Sequence record: PQ898602.1
Strand: one strand, 5' to 3'
DNA length: 64,000 bases
The position numbers were made by a program, and so were the translations under genes. Numbering within the stretch: position 1 is the stretch's first letter; the number at the start of each line of letters is the position of its first letter. Below, one piece after another: positions 45,026-54,387 of the stretch. Below the pieces are notes generated by a model. That model had not been told where the DNA came from and did no database searches. It saw only the letters and a list, made by a program, of their open reading frames with translations.

Positions 45026-45515
45026 AGTTTATGATTCATTCCTGCCTCAGGATGAGTATAATAAACTTGTTCATGTTTCCCTTGGTGGTCCTGACATAAA
45101 ATGGAACTGGCAAGCCAGTAATCCTGGTGATCCAATCTTTTTGATTCGTAACGTAGATGAAGATTCTTTTTATAATACTCATCTTCTTTCTTATATTCAA
45201 TCTTGTATTGATTTAAAAGTTGAACCACTAAGAATCTACTTCAATGCACAAACACCAAATCTTCATGGTTGTTATCATCAAGATGATGGCGATATGACTG
45301 CAATACTTTATATCAATCAACGTCCATATGAACATAAGTGGGGTGGTTGGACCGAGTTATGGGATCAGGATACGGGAGAAGATGCAATGATTCGCCCTCT
45401 GGATAACCGCCTTCTTTTGTTTGATGCTAAACTTACTCACAGAGGAACTGCTTTCCTCGGTCATACGGATCCAATTAGAGTCAACTTAACTTATAAAATG
45501 CAATTTGTGTCATGA
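45003..45515 (+). CDS. 2OG-Fe(II) oxygenase
   Basis: YHQDD, WGGWT, NRLLLFD..LTHRG..R. Confidence 0.8.
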   Translation: MTLEERFRVYDSFLPQDEYNKLVHVSLGGPDIKWNWQASNPGDPIFLIRNVDEDSFYNTHLLSYIQSCIDLKVEPLRIYFNAQTPNLHGCYHQDDGDMTAILYINQRPYEHKWGGWTELWDQDTGEDAMIRPLDNRLLLFDAKLTHRGTAFLGHTDPIRVNLTYKMQFVS

Positions 45516-45793
45516 CTTACAAGCCAAGACTGGATGATTATGTAAGGTGGAATCGTTCTTCAGGTTCCATTGATGAGGGATGGGTTTACTTTATATCAGA
45601 TGAATATATTTCTATCGAGGTTCTTGCTAAATGTAAGACCGATGAAAATGTGAAAGACTGCCCACTTCATAAGAAAATTCATGTCTTGATTGTATGTCAG
45701 CATTGGTATTGGGATGAGTTGGAATATGTGAGTAATCGAAGAGGTGAAGATGATACATATAAATCACAAGAACATCGGTATCAAGATCCTTGA
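45512..45793 (+). CDS. hypothetical protein
   Basis: 93 aa ORF. Confidence 0.6.
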   Translation: MTYKPRLDDYVRWNRSSGSIDEGWVYFISDEYISIEVLAKCKTDENVKDCPLHKKIHVLIVCQHWYWDELEYVSNRRGEDDTYKSQEHRYQDP

Positions 45794-45991
45794 CAAACTG
45801 ATGTACATCAAGTAACATAAAAACATTACGAGAATACTTATGGGCAAAACTCACAAAAGACAATACACAACTAAGTCTGGAGACACCTTTGAGTGGGACG
45901 AGACTGATGAAGTTCGTGCCGCAGTAGAAAGACTGCACCAAACCATCCGCGAACTTGAAAAGAAAAACGCACCTGATTATGGAGTTGGAAA

Positions 45992-46204
45992 ATGAAACTA
46001 CTTACACTTGAAGACTATCAAAAGGCAGGAGAAACATTCTGGCCCAAATACTTTTATGTTGCAAAAGAACTTGGTGAAGATGCCAAGGCAGAAGACATTC
46101 TGAAAGTTATGGAAGCAGTAGGTAGTGTTGCACTGCGACTCGCTCTCGAAGAGAAAGAAGGACCTTTTGGATTCAACAAAAAAGACGAAGAAACTAATGA
46201 CTGA
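45992..46204 (+). CDS. hypothetical protein
   Basis: 70 aa ORF. Confidence 0.65.
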   Translation: MKLLTLEDYQKAGETFWPKYFYVAKELGEDAKAEDILKVMEAVGSVALRLALEEKEGPFGFNKKDEETND

Positions 46205-46466
46205 ACAAGAAAAAGATCAACTCGCTGTATGTAAAGAACAGGGACTCCCTGACAATGCAACATTGATTGATGATGTTTTTTATGTCTGGAAAACTCGTTT
46301 CGGTTTGTTTTCTACAATGACAAAACAAGGTAGAAAAATGTTGACGGGTCACACAATGGATGGTGTCATCGACATGACACGTTGGCACCTCAAGTGTGAA
46401 CAGGAGGGAACTCTTCACCTTTATACTAGAGTGGTAAATAGTGGAGTAGTTGGTGGTAAACTCTGA
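46197..46466 (+). CDS. hypothetical protein
   Basis: ORF; start corrected to ATG 46197. Confidence 0.6.
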   Translation: MTEQEKDQLAVCKEQGLPDNATLIDDVFYVWKTRFGLFSTMTKQGRKMLTGHTMDGVIDMTRWHLKCEQEGTLHLYTRVVNSGVVGGKL

Positions 46467-46648
46467 TGTATGAGGAACTAAATTGCTTTGAAGAAGCACT
46501 GAAACACTTTGGCACCCGTGTTGAAATTATCTGCGCTATGGAACTTGGTGGTAGACTCAAGACAGAAGATGCATACCAGATGATCAAAGACGAACTTAAA
46601 GAAGTGAAAAAGTGCCGTAAGAGGTTCAATAAAGATGAGCAGTGTTAA
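46466..46648 (+). CDS. hypothetical protein
   Basis: 60 aa ORF. Confidence 0.6.
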   Translation: MYEELNCFEEALKHFGTRVEIICAMELGGRLKTEDAYQMIKDELKEVKKCRKRFNKDEQC

Positions 46649-47267
46649 TGGTAACCTTTGGATTTGGAAATATGAAAAGAAGTTAGACTCTGACTTCTGT
46701 AGGAATGTTATACGAAAATTTGATAGAGACTTCAATCTTTATCATGGTGTAACTTTAGGTGATAAACCACAATATACAAGAAAAATATCCACAGACCTGG
46801 CGATCTCCGATCTCCCTGCATGGAGAGAAGAAGATACAATATTTGGGGAACATCTCCACGAAGGTCTTAATGCTTTCTGGAATTATTGTGAAGACAAACT
46901 ATTAGGTTATGAATTAGATTGGGACTATCCTGTTGACGACACTGGATATCAAATTCAAAGAAGTAAAGGTGGTGAGGGAAAATATGATTGGCATCACGAT
47001 GCATTTTATGACCCCAATGCATTTGACTGGTGCGAAGAATATGGACCTGCTAAAAGATACTTTACTTTTATTTGGTATCTGAATGATGTTCCTGGACCTG
47101 GAGGATACACTGAGTTTTACGACGGAACTCAAATTCAACCAGAAGAGGGTCAGCTGATTCTCTTTCCCTCAACTCACACTTTTATCCATAGGGGAGTCAG
47201 GCCACCCGTTGGACAAGACAAATATATATGTACAGGTTGGATCTATCATCCAATGAATCAAAGTTGA
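46635..47267 (+). CDS. 2OG-Fe(II) oxygenase (prolyl 4-hydroxylase-like)
   Basis: YDWHHD, TFIWYLNDV..GG.T.F, FPSTHTFIHRG..KY. Confidence 0.88.
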   Translation: MSSVNGNLWIWKYEKKLDSDFCRNVIRKFDRDFNLYHGVTLGDKPQYTRKISTDLAISDLPAWREEDTIFGEHLHEGLNAFWNYCEDKLLGYELDWDYPVDDTGYQIQRSKGGEGKYDWHHDAFYDPNAFDWCEEYGPAKRYFTFIWYLNDVPGPGGYTEFYDGTQIQPEEGQLILFPSTHTFIHRGVRPPVGQDKYICTGWIYHPMNQS

Positions 47268-47292
47268 CTTTTGATTTTTTCAGAAGTATAAT
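47264..47292 (+). promoter_or_regulatory. sigma70-like early promoter
   Basis: TTGACT-N17-TATAAT. Confidence 0.65.
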
Positions 47293-47312
47293 TATCTTAT
47301 TGTGGTATCACT

Positions 47313-47702
47313 ATGTTTAAATCAAACAACGAAGTTGGACAATATTGTCCACTTGTCAAGAAAAACTGCATTGAAAACAAGTGTGCTTGGTGGATGCATG
47401 TCAGAGGTTTGAATCCTCAAACTGGTGAAGATATTGATCACTGGGGATGTGCAGTTACTTGGTTGCCTATGTTGACTATTGAAAACTCTCAACAACAACG
47501 TCAAACTGGTGCTGCTGTAGAGTCATTCCGAAATGAAGTTGTTAAATCAAACAGGATGAATAGAGACCTATATATGGAAGGTCTAAAAGCCATGGCTGAC
47601 GGGTCTCCTATCCTTCCCGTTCAGGTCACACCACTGACTAATCAAAACCTTTTAGAAGAAGAACCTACGGAGGAACCGAAAAATGAGGATGGTAGTAACT
47701 AG
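47313..47702 (+). CDS. Cys-rich hypothetical protein
   Basis: CPLVKKNC...CAWW...WGC. Confidence 0.65.
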   Translation: MFKSNNEVGQYCPLVKKNCIENKCAWWMHVRGLNPQTGEDIDHWGCAVTWLPMLTIENSQQQRQTGAAVESFRNEVVKSNRMNRDLYMEGLKAMADGSPILPVQVTPLTNQNLLEEEPTEEPKNEDGSN

Positions 47703-48111
47703 GGATGGAATGATCCAAATCGATGGATATGGTTACGACGGATGTAATATTTCTTTCGTAAGTGACATGAGTTGGATCCCTGGATATGATAGAAAGGAGT
47801 GGGGTGTATTCCATGCCCTACAATGGTATGATAAACCTGAATGGGATGATCCTACTGAAGACGAAATGGAAGGTTATCCTTACGGAGAGATTGAGTTTAC
47901 CAACTATCCGCCTGCACATAAAATTACTGAACTGGGTATCTTTGAAGCCGCAGTCGTTGAGTGGGAAAGACAAAAGAAAGCAGAAGAAAGTAGAATTGCT
48001 GCTGAAGAAGAGGAAAGAAAGGCAGAAGAAGCACGTCTTGCTGAGGAAGAGGCTAAAACTCTTGACACTTATCTAGAATTTGACTTGGAAGATTTATTGA
48101 CTGATCTCTGA
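47683..48111 (+). CDS. hypothetical protein (possible tail-fibre assembly-like)
   Basis: HALQWYD..GEIEF, acidic coiled-coil tail. Confidence 0.55.
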   Translation: MRMVVTRDGMIQIDGYGYDGCNISFVSDMSWIPGYDRKEWGVFHALQWYDKPEWDDPTEDEMEGYPYGEIEFTNYPPAHKITELGIFEAAVVEWERQKKAEESRIAAEEEERKAEEARLAEEEAKTLDTYLEFDLEDLLTDL

Positions 48112-48112
48112 C

Positions 48113-49396
48113 ATGAAACAAACACTTATTGATAATAATTACCTAGTAATTAAAAACTTTATCGATGTAGAAAGAGCTGCTGCATTATGTGAAGAGTTTA
48201 AAGATCATTGCGAAAGTAATAATCTACCTGGAGATCAACAGGTAGAAGAATCTCATGCTGCATATAATTACATGAGTTTCTTGGAACTTCTTACGGAGAA
48301 AACTCCAGAAGTTTCTAGAGCAATTGAAGAAAATGTACTTCCTACGTACACTTATGCTAGGATTTACAAGAATGGTGCAATCCTGAAACCTCATATGGAT
48401 AGGGATGCATGTGAGATTTCTTTGACCGTTCACCTTGATGGTGATATGGGGTGGCCAATCTTTGTTCAGACTCCTGACGGATCAACTGCAGAAGTTGTTC
48501 TTGAACCAGGAGATGCTTTAGTCTATTTGGGATGTGAAGCTCTTCATTGGAGAGAAGAGTTCAATGGGAATTATTATGGTCAAGCATTCTTGCATTATGT
48601 AAGAAGTCGTGGACCCCGTGCATACGCATTCTTTGATAATGATAAGGATTCTGTCACCCCAAGGACTCAAATTGATGAAGAAAAGAAAGTCGATTGGAAA
48701 GAAGTACCTAAACTAGACAAACCAGAATCTACAGAAAAGAGAGATAAGTTCCGTTTCAATAAGAAACCACAATTCACTCCCTCTGCAAGAGAAGAGAGAG
48801 TTCTCCAATCTAAAAAAGAAGAGTTGTTGACTTCCACTCTTGAAAGTTATATCAAAATTTTTGAAGATGAAGTTCCTACAGAACTTTGTAACCGCATTCT
48901 CGACGAGTATGTAAACTCTGATGACTGGGTTCCCGCAGAAGTTATTGATAAGAATGCACCCGTCAACAAAGACATCAGAAATTGTAGTTGTGTCTACATG
49001 AGTAGTCCTGAATGTATTGAAAAAAATCAGGTAGTTAGATCTAAACTAGATGAAGATCTTCATGCAGTTATGATGAAAGTTGCAGAAAAATATGCAGGGC
49101 TTTTCCCGAATATTAACATCTCTATGGATACTGGTTACAATCTTCTGAGATATGAAACAGGTCAATTCTATACAACTCATTGTGATGACTACAAGGATGA
49201 CCCAAGAGTTCTCTCATGTACTGTTTCTCTGAATCATGAGTATGATGGTGGTGAATTTTCATTCTTCAATGATGAAATGTTAGTTCGCACGAATACTGGT
49301 GGTGTAATTTGTTTCCCATCTAACTTCATGTACCCTCATGGTGTTCGAGAAGTTGTTAAAGGCACTCGATACGCAATCGTTACTTGGTTTAGATGA
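48113..49396 (+). CDS. tandem two-domain 2OG-Fe(II) oxygenase
   Basis: Domain 1: HMDR..CEIS..HWRE..FLHYV; domain 2: HCD..GGEF..FPSNFMYPHGV..RY. Confidence 0.85.
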   Translation: MKQTLIDNNYLVIKNFIDVERAAALCEEFKDHCESNNLPGDQQVEESHAAYNYMSFLELLTEKTPEVSRAIEENVLPTYTYARIYKNGAILKPHMDRDACEISLTVHLDGDMGWPIFVQTPDGSTAEVVLEPGDALVYLGCEALHWREEFNGNYYGQAFLHYVRSRGPRAYAFFDNDKDSVTPRTQIDEEKKVDWKEVPKLDKPESTEKRDKFRFNKKPQFTPSAREERVLQSKKEELLTSTLESYIKIFEDEVPTELCNRILDEYVNSDDWVPAEVIDKNAPVNKDIRNCSCVYMSSPECIEKNQVVRSKLDEDLHAVMMKVAEKYAGLFPNINISMDTGYNLLRYETGQFYTTHCDDYKDDPRVLSCTVSLNHEYDGGEFSFFNDEMLVRTNTGGVICFPSNFMYPHGVREVVKGTRYAIVTWFR

Positions 49397-50184
49397 CCAC
49401 ACTTAATTCTATACCTCCTATCCGTTACTTGAACTTAGACAAGAACGAAGATAGGAGGTTTTTTATTGAGAAACAATTTGAGAAGTATGGTGTTACCAAC
49501 TTCAAAAGGATTAGTGCGGACAGATATGGTGTAGATAAGTATGATGAGTGGAGTTTTGAAGGAGAGTTAAATGAGAGACCTAGACTCTCCACTCTTTTGA
49601 ATCAGTTTCAAAGTATCATTGACTGGTATCATGAGGATAGTTCGGAAACATGTATTATTGCTGAAGATGATCTCAATCTAGATCTTTGTAAGTATTGGAG
49701 ATTTGATTGGAACTACTTTGAGTCACATCTACCATGCAACTGGGATTGTATTCAACTTCATGTTGTGGGTGAGAAGTATATTCCGATGGGATTGTCGATA
49801 AGAAACAGAACTCTTCACTCTGCTGCTTGTTATCTAATCAATAGAGACTTTGCAAGAAAGTTAAAGAAGATATTCTATAGACAGGGAACATTTGAGTTTC
49901 CGATAAACTATGGATACCACCATTCTTGGCCTCAATATCATTATCAGTCTGCAGATTTCTTACCATATAATATTGGAGTTACCTATTCATTTCCCTTGTT
50001 TATTACCAACTCTAGTTTCAAGAGTGATAGTTTGGAAGGTAAGTTGATAAACCAAATGGTAATCAAATCAGATAAAGTTGTTGCAAATTGGTGGGTAAAT
50101 AGATCAAAAGACTACTCTCTGGATGATTTGTTCTGTTGTCAGAATCCAGATCGAATGAAACTTATTGTTCCAATCAAACAATGA
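49393..50184 (+). CDS. GT25-like glycosyltransferase
   Basis: YLNLD..DRR, IIAEDDL, WDCIQL, CYLINRDFA. Confidence 0.7.
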   Translation: MTTLNSIPPIRYLNLDKNEDRRFFIEKQFEKYGVTNFKRISADRYGVDKYDEWSFEGELNERPRLSTLLNQFQSIIDWYHEDSSETCIIAEDDLNLDLCKYWRFDWNYFESHLPCNWDCIQLHVVGEKYIPMGLSIRNRTLHSAACYLINRDFARKLKKIFYRQGTFEFPINYGYHHSWPQYHYQSADFLPYNIGVTYSFPLFITNSSFKSDSLEGKLINQMVIKSDKVVANWWVNRSKDYSLDDLFCCQNPDRMKLIVPIKQ

Positions 50185-50990
50185 ATAAACTAGAAGGGTT
50201 ACCAAAAATATATTATATCAATCTCGATGATCGCCCTGATCGTAGAGAGTATATGGAAGACCAGTTTAGGTGGTGGGAGATTAGTAACTATGAACGTGTG
50301 AATGCTTCTAGATTTAGAAAAGAAGAGTGGTCCGATTGGTGTGACATGGTTCACTATCCAGAATTCTATCCTTCACATAGACATAGATCAGTTGCAGTTT
50401 CTTTATCACACTTTGAATGTTTGAGAGAGTGGTACGAAACTACTAATGAAGATCAAGTCATTATCTTGGAGGATGATACCGACTTTAGTAATGTTGAAAA
50501 CTGGAACTTTACTTGGAAAGATGTAATGGATCGTTTGCCTTTTGATTGGGAGGCGTTTCAGTTCTGTTATAACTCTGTAGATTACTTTAGATGTAACCTT
50601 CACCTTAAAAGTCAGACCAGTTTTAATGGTCCAATTCTACTGACTAGACCTTATGTGAAGAAACTATTAGATCTTTATTTTAAAAAAGGAAAGTATAATT
50701 TCATCACAAAATATTTTGGATCACCTTATCTGGGTTATCCTATCAATGATGATAAACATTGTATCAGAGATGTTGATAACATGATTGGGCATCATGGAAG
50801 AGTTTATCAAATGCCTCTTGTAGGTCAGAATACTGTGCTTGATGAAGAACGTCGAACTCCCCATCTTTTCTGTTCTGCATCATTGAAAAGATTCTGGGCA
50901 AAGGAACATGACATTGATGATCTTTTCTCATATAATACTGATAAAGATTTGAGTATGACATATAAACTAAATCCTGGTATCCGAAAATGA
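50181..50990 (+). CDS. GT25-like glycosyltransferase
   Basis: YYINLDDRPDRR, SLSH, IILEDD. Confidence 0.75.
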   Translation: MNKLEGLPKIYYINLDDRPDRREYMEDQFRWWEISNYERVNASRFRKEEWSDWCDMVHYPEFYPSHRHRSVAVSLSHFECLREWYETTNEDQVIILEDDTDFSNVENWNFTWKDVMDRLPFDWEAFQFCYNSVDYFRCNLHLKSQTSFNGPILLTRPYVKKLLDLYFKKGKYNFITKYFGSPYLGYPINDDKHCIRDVDNMIGHHGRVYQMPLVGQNTVLDEERRTPHLFCSASLKRFWAKEHDIDDLFSYNTDKDLSMTYKLNPGIRK

Positions 50991-51676
50991 AGAAGTATTG
51001 TCTTAATCATACTCAAGAACTCAGAGATCATACAGAAAAGGAGATCCGTTCTCTGGGGTGGGATAACTTTGAAGGTGTAGTTTATCCAGAACCTTTGGAT
51101 GATCAGAACAAATCAGAACTCATCCTTGGAGTTCTTGATAGGTGGTTGAAAGAAAGTCATGATGACATGGTAATGATCACCTTTGATGATCTATTCTATG
51201 GGTTCTATCGACACTCTGGTTTCAATCTAGATCTTATCGTAAATAAAACACCAGAAGACTGGGATAATATCTTGTTGGGATTTGAGAATCTCCATGGAAC
51301 TATTCCATTCTTCATGCATAAGACTATGGAGTCTCATTTGTCTGGTCCTACCATCTTGAAGAGATCGTATGCTGACAGGTTGGTAAACATTGTTGGAGAT
51401 TCTCCACAGGTTTGTGATAACTTGTGGAAAGATAATTTTTCATATCATTATTTCTTAAACAAATGTGGTAAGAGTTATGCATATCCACTCTTACCTAGAC
51501 ATTATAAATTAGTAAGTGACTCTAGAGTAGATCTAGAGAGACAAACAAGAATGTATTCTATATTCTGGACCAAGTATTATGGTAAGGAGTATCCTAAAGA
51601 AAACTTCTTCAAACTAGAGAGTGAACCATGCCTTAATACGGACAGATTACTCTATCGCAATAGGAAATTGATTTAA
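50987..51676 (+). CDS. divergent GT25-like protein
   Basis: YCLN, ITFDD (EDD degenerate), PEDWDNILL, ILKRSYADRL. Confidence 0.5.
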   Translation: MKKYCLNHTQELRDHTEKEIRSLGWDNFEGVVYPEPLDDQNKSELILGVLDRWLKESHDDMVMITFDDLFYGFYRHSGFNLDLIVNKTPEDWDNILLGFENLHGTIPFFMHKTMESHLSGPTILKRSYADRLVNIVGDSPQVCDNLWKDNFSYHYFLNKCGKSYAYPLLPRHYKLVSDSRVDLERQTRMYSIFWTKYYGKEYPKENFFKLESEPCLNTDRLLYRNRKLI

Positions 51677-52263
51677 TGTTTCACTTAGTCCGTCAGTTTG
51701 AGAGAGAAATTGCAAGATTCTATGGTGCTCCTTATGGTATCGCCACTGATTCGTGTACCCATGCGATTGAGTTGTGTCTTCGTTATGGTGGATTCAATAA
51801 CGTAACCATACCGACTCACACATATGTCTCAGTTCCAATGACCTGTAACAAACTAGGTCTTGATTGGGAATGGAAAGAAGAGAAATGGAATGACTGGTAT
51901 CTGATTGGTAACACAAACATTGTTGATGCTGCAGTTCTGTGGGGTGCTGACACATATCTACCTGGAACATTCATGTGCCTCAGTTTCCAGTACAAGAAAC
52001 ACCTATCTCTTGGTCGAGGTGGTATGATTTTATGTTCCGATGAGGATGCTGTTCGTGCATTACGGAAGATGGTTTACGATGGTCGTGATATCTTAGAACC
52101 CTGGAGAGATCAGAACATTTCCACCATGGGTTATCACTATTACATGACGCCCGAGGTGGCAAAAATGGGTATTGATTTACTAAATGGTCGGAAAAAATTT
52201 CCGGCAAAAAAATGGAGCCACAGGGATTATCCTAATTTGTCGGACATGGAGGTGTTCAAATGA
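51676..52263 (+). CDS. truncated-format DegT/DnrJ/EryC1/StrS PLP aminotransferase (195 aa)
   Basis: FEREIA..YGIATDSCTHAI, DAA, SFQYKKHL..GRGG, GYHYYM. Confidence 0.8.
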   Translation: MFHLVRQFEREIARFYGAPYGIATDSCTHAIELCLRYGGFNNVTIPTHTYVSVPMTCNKLGLDWEWKEEKWNDWYLIGNTNIVDAAVLWGADTYLPGTFMCLSFQYKKHLSLGRGGMILCSDEDAVRALRKMVYDGRDILEPWRDQNISTMGYHYYMTPEVAKMGIDLLNGRKKFPAKKWSHRDYPNLSDMEVFK

Positions 52264-53060
52264 GAGAGATTCCGAACCTTGATGTTCATATTACGCATGA
52301 TTGCAATTTTCAGTGTGAGAACTGCTCTCATTTTATGCAACATAAGTTTCGGGGAACTCATATCTCTTTAGAAGAAATAGAATCCTGGTATTCAAAGTGG
52401 TATCAACGTATTCTTCCTACTAACCTAGGTTTGCTTGGAGGAGAACCTTTCCTTCATCCAAATCTCCCAGAGATGTGTCATCTTTCTAGGAAGTATTTTC
52501 CCAACTCTGAAATAGAAGTAGTAACAAATCTGACTCTGGTGCATTTACACCCAGAACTTTGGAAAGACCTAATCAAATCTGATATTATTCTTTCCATTTC
52601 AATTCATAGTCGAGATCCTGACTACGCAAAAGTATTGCAACCCAAATTGGAAATCGCAAAAGAATGGAAACGAAGAGGTGCGAAGGTAAGAGTTGTAGAT
52701 TCTGTAAAAGAATGGAATAAAGTCTATATGGGTGATGGCGAAGATATTCTTCCTTATGAACATTTGAATCCTCAGGAAAGTTGGAATAATTGCCCTGTTG
52801 GTCAAATCTGTTTTCAACTACATGAAGGTCATATCTGGAAGTGTGCTCCACTCGCATTCTTACCTATGATGAAGAAGAAGTATCCGAATATTTCCGATAA
52901 GTGGGATCCATATCTAACGTACAAACCATTAACTTCTGATTGTAGTGATGAAAAACTTGAAAGTTTCTTCAATAGAGGATGTGAAATGTATTGTTCAATG
53001 TGCCCATCAGTAAGAGAACATCAAGATAAACAAAATCCATTGATTAATAGAATACGATGA
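52260..53060 (+). CDS. radical SAM protein with C-terminal Cys cluster (SPASM/twitch-like)
   Basis: CNFQCENC, LLGGEPFLHP, VVTN, C..C..WKC, CEMYCSMC. Confidence 0.88.
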   Translation: MREIPNLDVHITHDCNFQCENCSHFMQHKFRGTHISLEEIESWYSKWYQRILPTNLGLLGGEPFLHPNLPEMCHLSRKYFPNSEIEVVTNLTLVHLHPELWKDLIKSDIILSISIHSRDPDYAKVLQPKLEIAKEWKRRGAKVRVVDSVKEWNKVYMGDGEDILPYEHLNPQESWNNCPVGQICFQLHEGHIWKCAPLAFLPMMKKKYPNISDKWDPYLTYKPLTSDCSDEKLESFFNRGCEMYCSMCPSVREHQDKQNPLINRIR

Positions 53061-53893
53061 AACTGAAAGGATTACCTGAAATATATTATCTTAATCTTGA
53101 CGAAAGACCTGATCGAGTTGAATATACGGAAACTCAATACGAAAAACATGGTATCACCAACTTCCGTAGATGGTCTGCATCTGAATATCAACTCTATAAC
53201 TTCAAAGAGTGGAGGAGTAAGGTCAGATTAAATGATATGACCGAGTGTAAGAAGTTGAAACAACATATCATTGAGATTGCGATCTCCATGTCTACAATGG
53301 ATATGTTAAGACACTGGTATGAGAACTCCACGGAACCCTATGTCCTCTTAATGGAGGATGATTATGATCTTCAGTGGATTGATTACTGGCATTTTGACTG
53401 GGAATATCTAATGAATCATCTTCCCTTTGATTGGGATTGTATTCAGTTGAGTTTTGAGAATGAAAAGGTCATTCCCTGTTTCCTTCACCCCATCCATCCA
53501 TACCACTGCACTGGTGCTGCACTTATTAATAGACCATATGCAGAAAAGTTGATAAGACTATTATATAAGGATGGAAAGTATGATTTTTCCCAACGGATTC
53601 AAAATTACAAGTGGGGAAAAATGCTGGACATGCCTAATAGGACTATTGACTACTTCTTATGTCATGCAGGCAGAACGTATTCTATTCCTCTGATTAGTCT
53701 TAATCCTGGTATGGGAAGTTATAGTAAAAATATAAAGAGAAATGATAGACCCGACTTGGATCTTGCCTGGAGGGCCTATAATAAGTGGTGGAAAGAGTTG
53801 CGAGATGATTACTCTCTAGAAGAGTTTTTCATGTTCGGTAAACCAAATGATAGATATATTACAAGGAAAGAACCAGGTCTGGACAAGTATTAA
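53057..53893 (+). CDS. GT25-like glycosyltransferase
   Basis: YYLNLDERPDR, LLMEDD, LPFDWDCIQL. Confidence 0.75.
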   Translation: MKLKGLPEIYYLNLDERPDRVEYTETQYEKHGITNFRRWSASEYQLYNFKEWRSKVRLNDMTECKKLKQHIIEIAISMSTMDMLRHWYENSTEPYVLLMEDDYDLQWIDYWHFDWEYLMNHLPFDWDCIQLSFENEKVIPCFLHPIHPYHCTGAALINRPYAEKLIRLLYKDGKYDFSQRIQNYKWGKMLDMPNRTIDYFLCHAGRTYSIPLISLNPGMGSYSKNIKRNDRPDLDLAWRAYNKWWKELRDDYSLEEFFMFGKPNDRYITRKEPGLDKY

Positions 53894-54387
53894 TGGATCA
53901 CATTAAACCACAATGGGATATCGAAGATTTTAAGAATCTTGATTATACCTATGCAACTCATAATGATCCTCTGTTAGTGAACGAATATTTGTGGGCAGGT
54001 CATAATAAGGAGAAACTTTCCATCTATAAATATCATGAACCCAATCCCATGCCGACGTGTATGGAATATGTGAAAGGTCTTTTCTCGGATTGGGATAGTG
54101 TTGGACTTGCCGTTAATTATTTCAAACCAGGTCAATATCTACCACTTCACGTAGATCTATTTGGTAGATATTTGAAAATCCATAACACCAAACCCGAGAA
54201 TGTAAATCGGTGCATGGTAATGTTAGAGGATAGTTCACCTGGTCAGATTTTACAGATTGACGATGTATGTCACTGCAAGTGGAAATCGGGAGACTGCTTC
54301 TACTGGGAATACGAAACACCTCATGCTTTCTATAACATGAGTATGATAGATCGATACGCAATTCAAGTTACTGGTGTAGTGAGATGA
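53893..54387 (+). CDS. 2OG-Fe(II)/AspH-like cupin oxygenase
   Basis: LPLHVD, GQIL, WKSGD, TPHA..N..R..IQVTG. Confidence 0.65.
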   Translation: MDHIKPQWDIEDFKNLDYTYATHNDPLLVNEYLWAGHNKEKLSIYKYHEPNPMPTCMEYVKGLFSDWDSVGLAVNYFKPGQYLPLHVDLFGRYLKIHNTKPENVNRCMVMLEDSSPGQILQIDDVCHCKWKSGDCFYWEYETPHAFYNMSMIDRYAIQVTGVVR

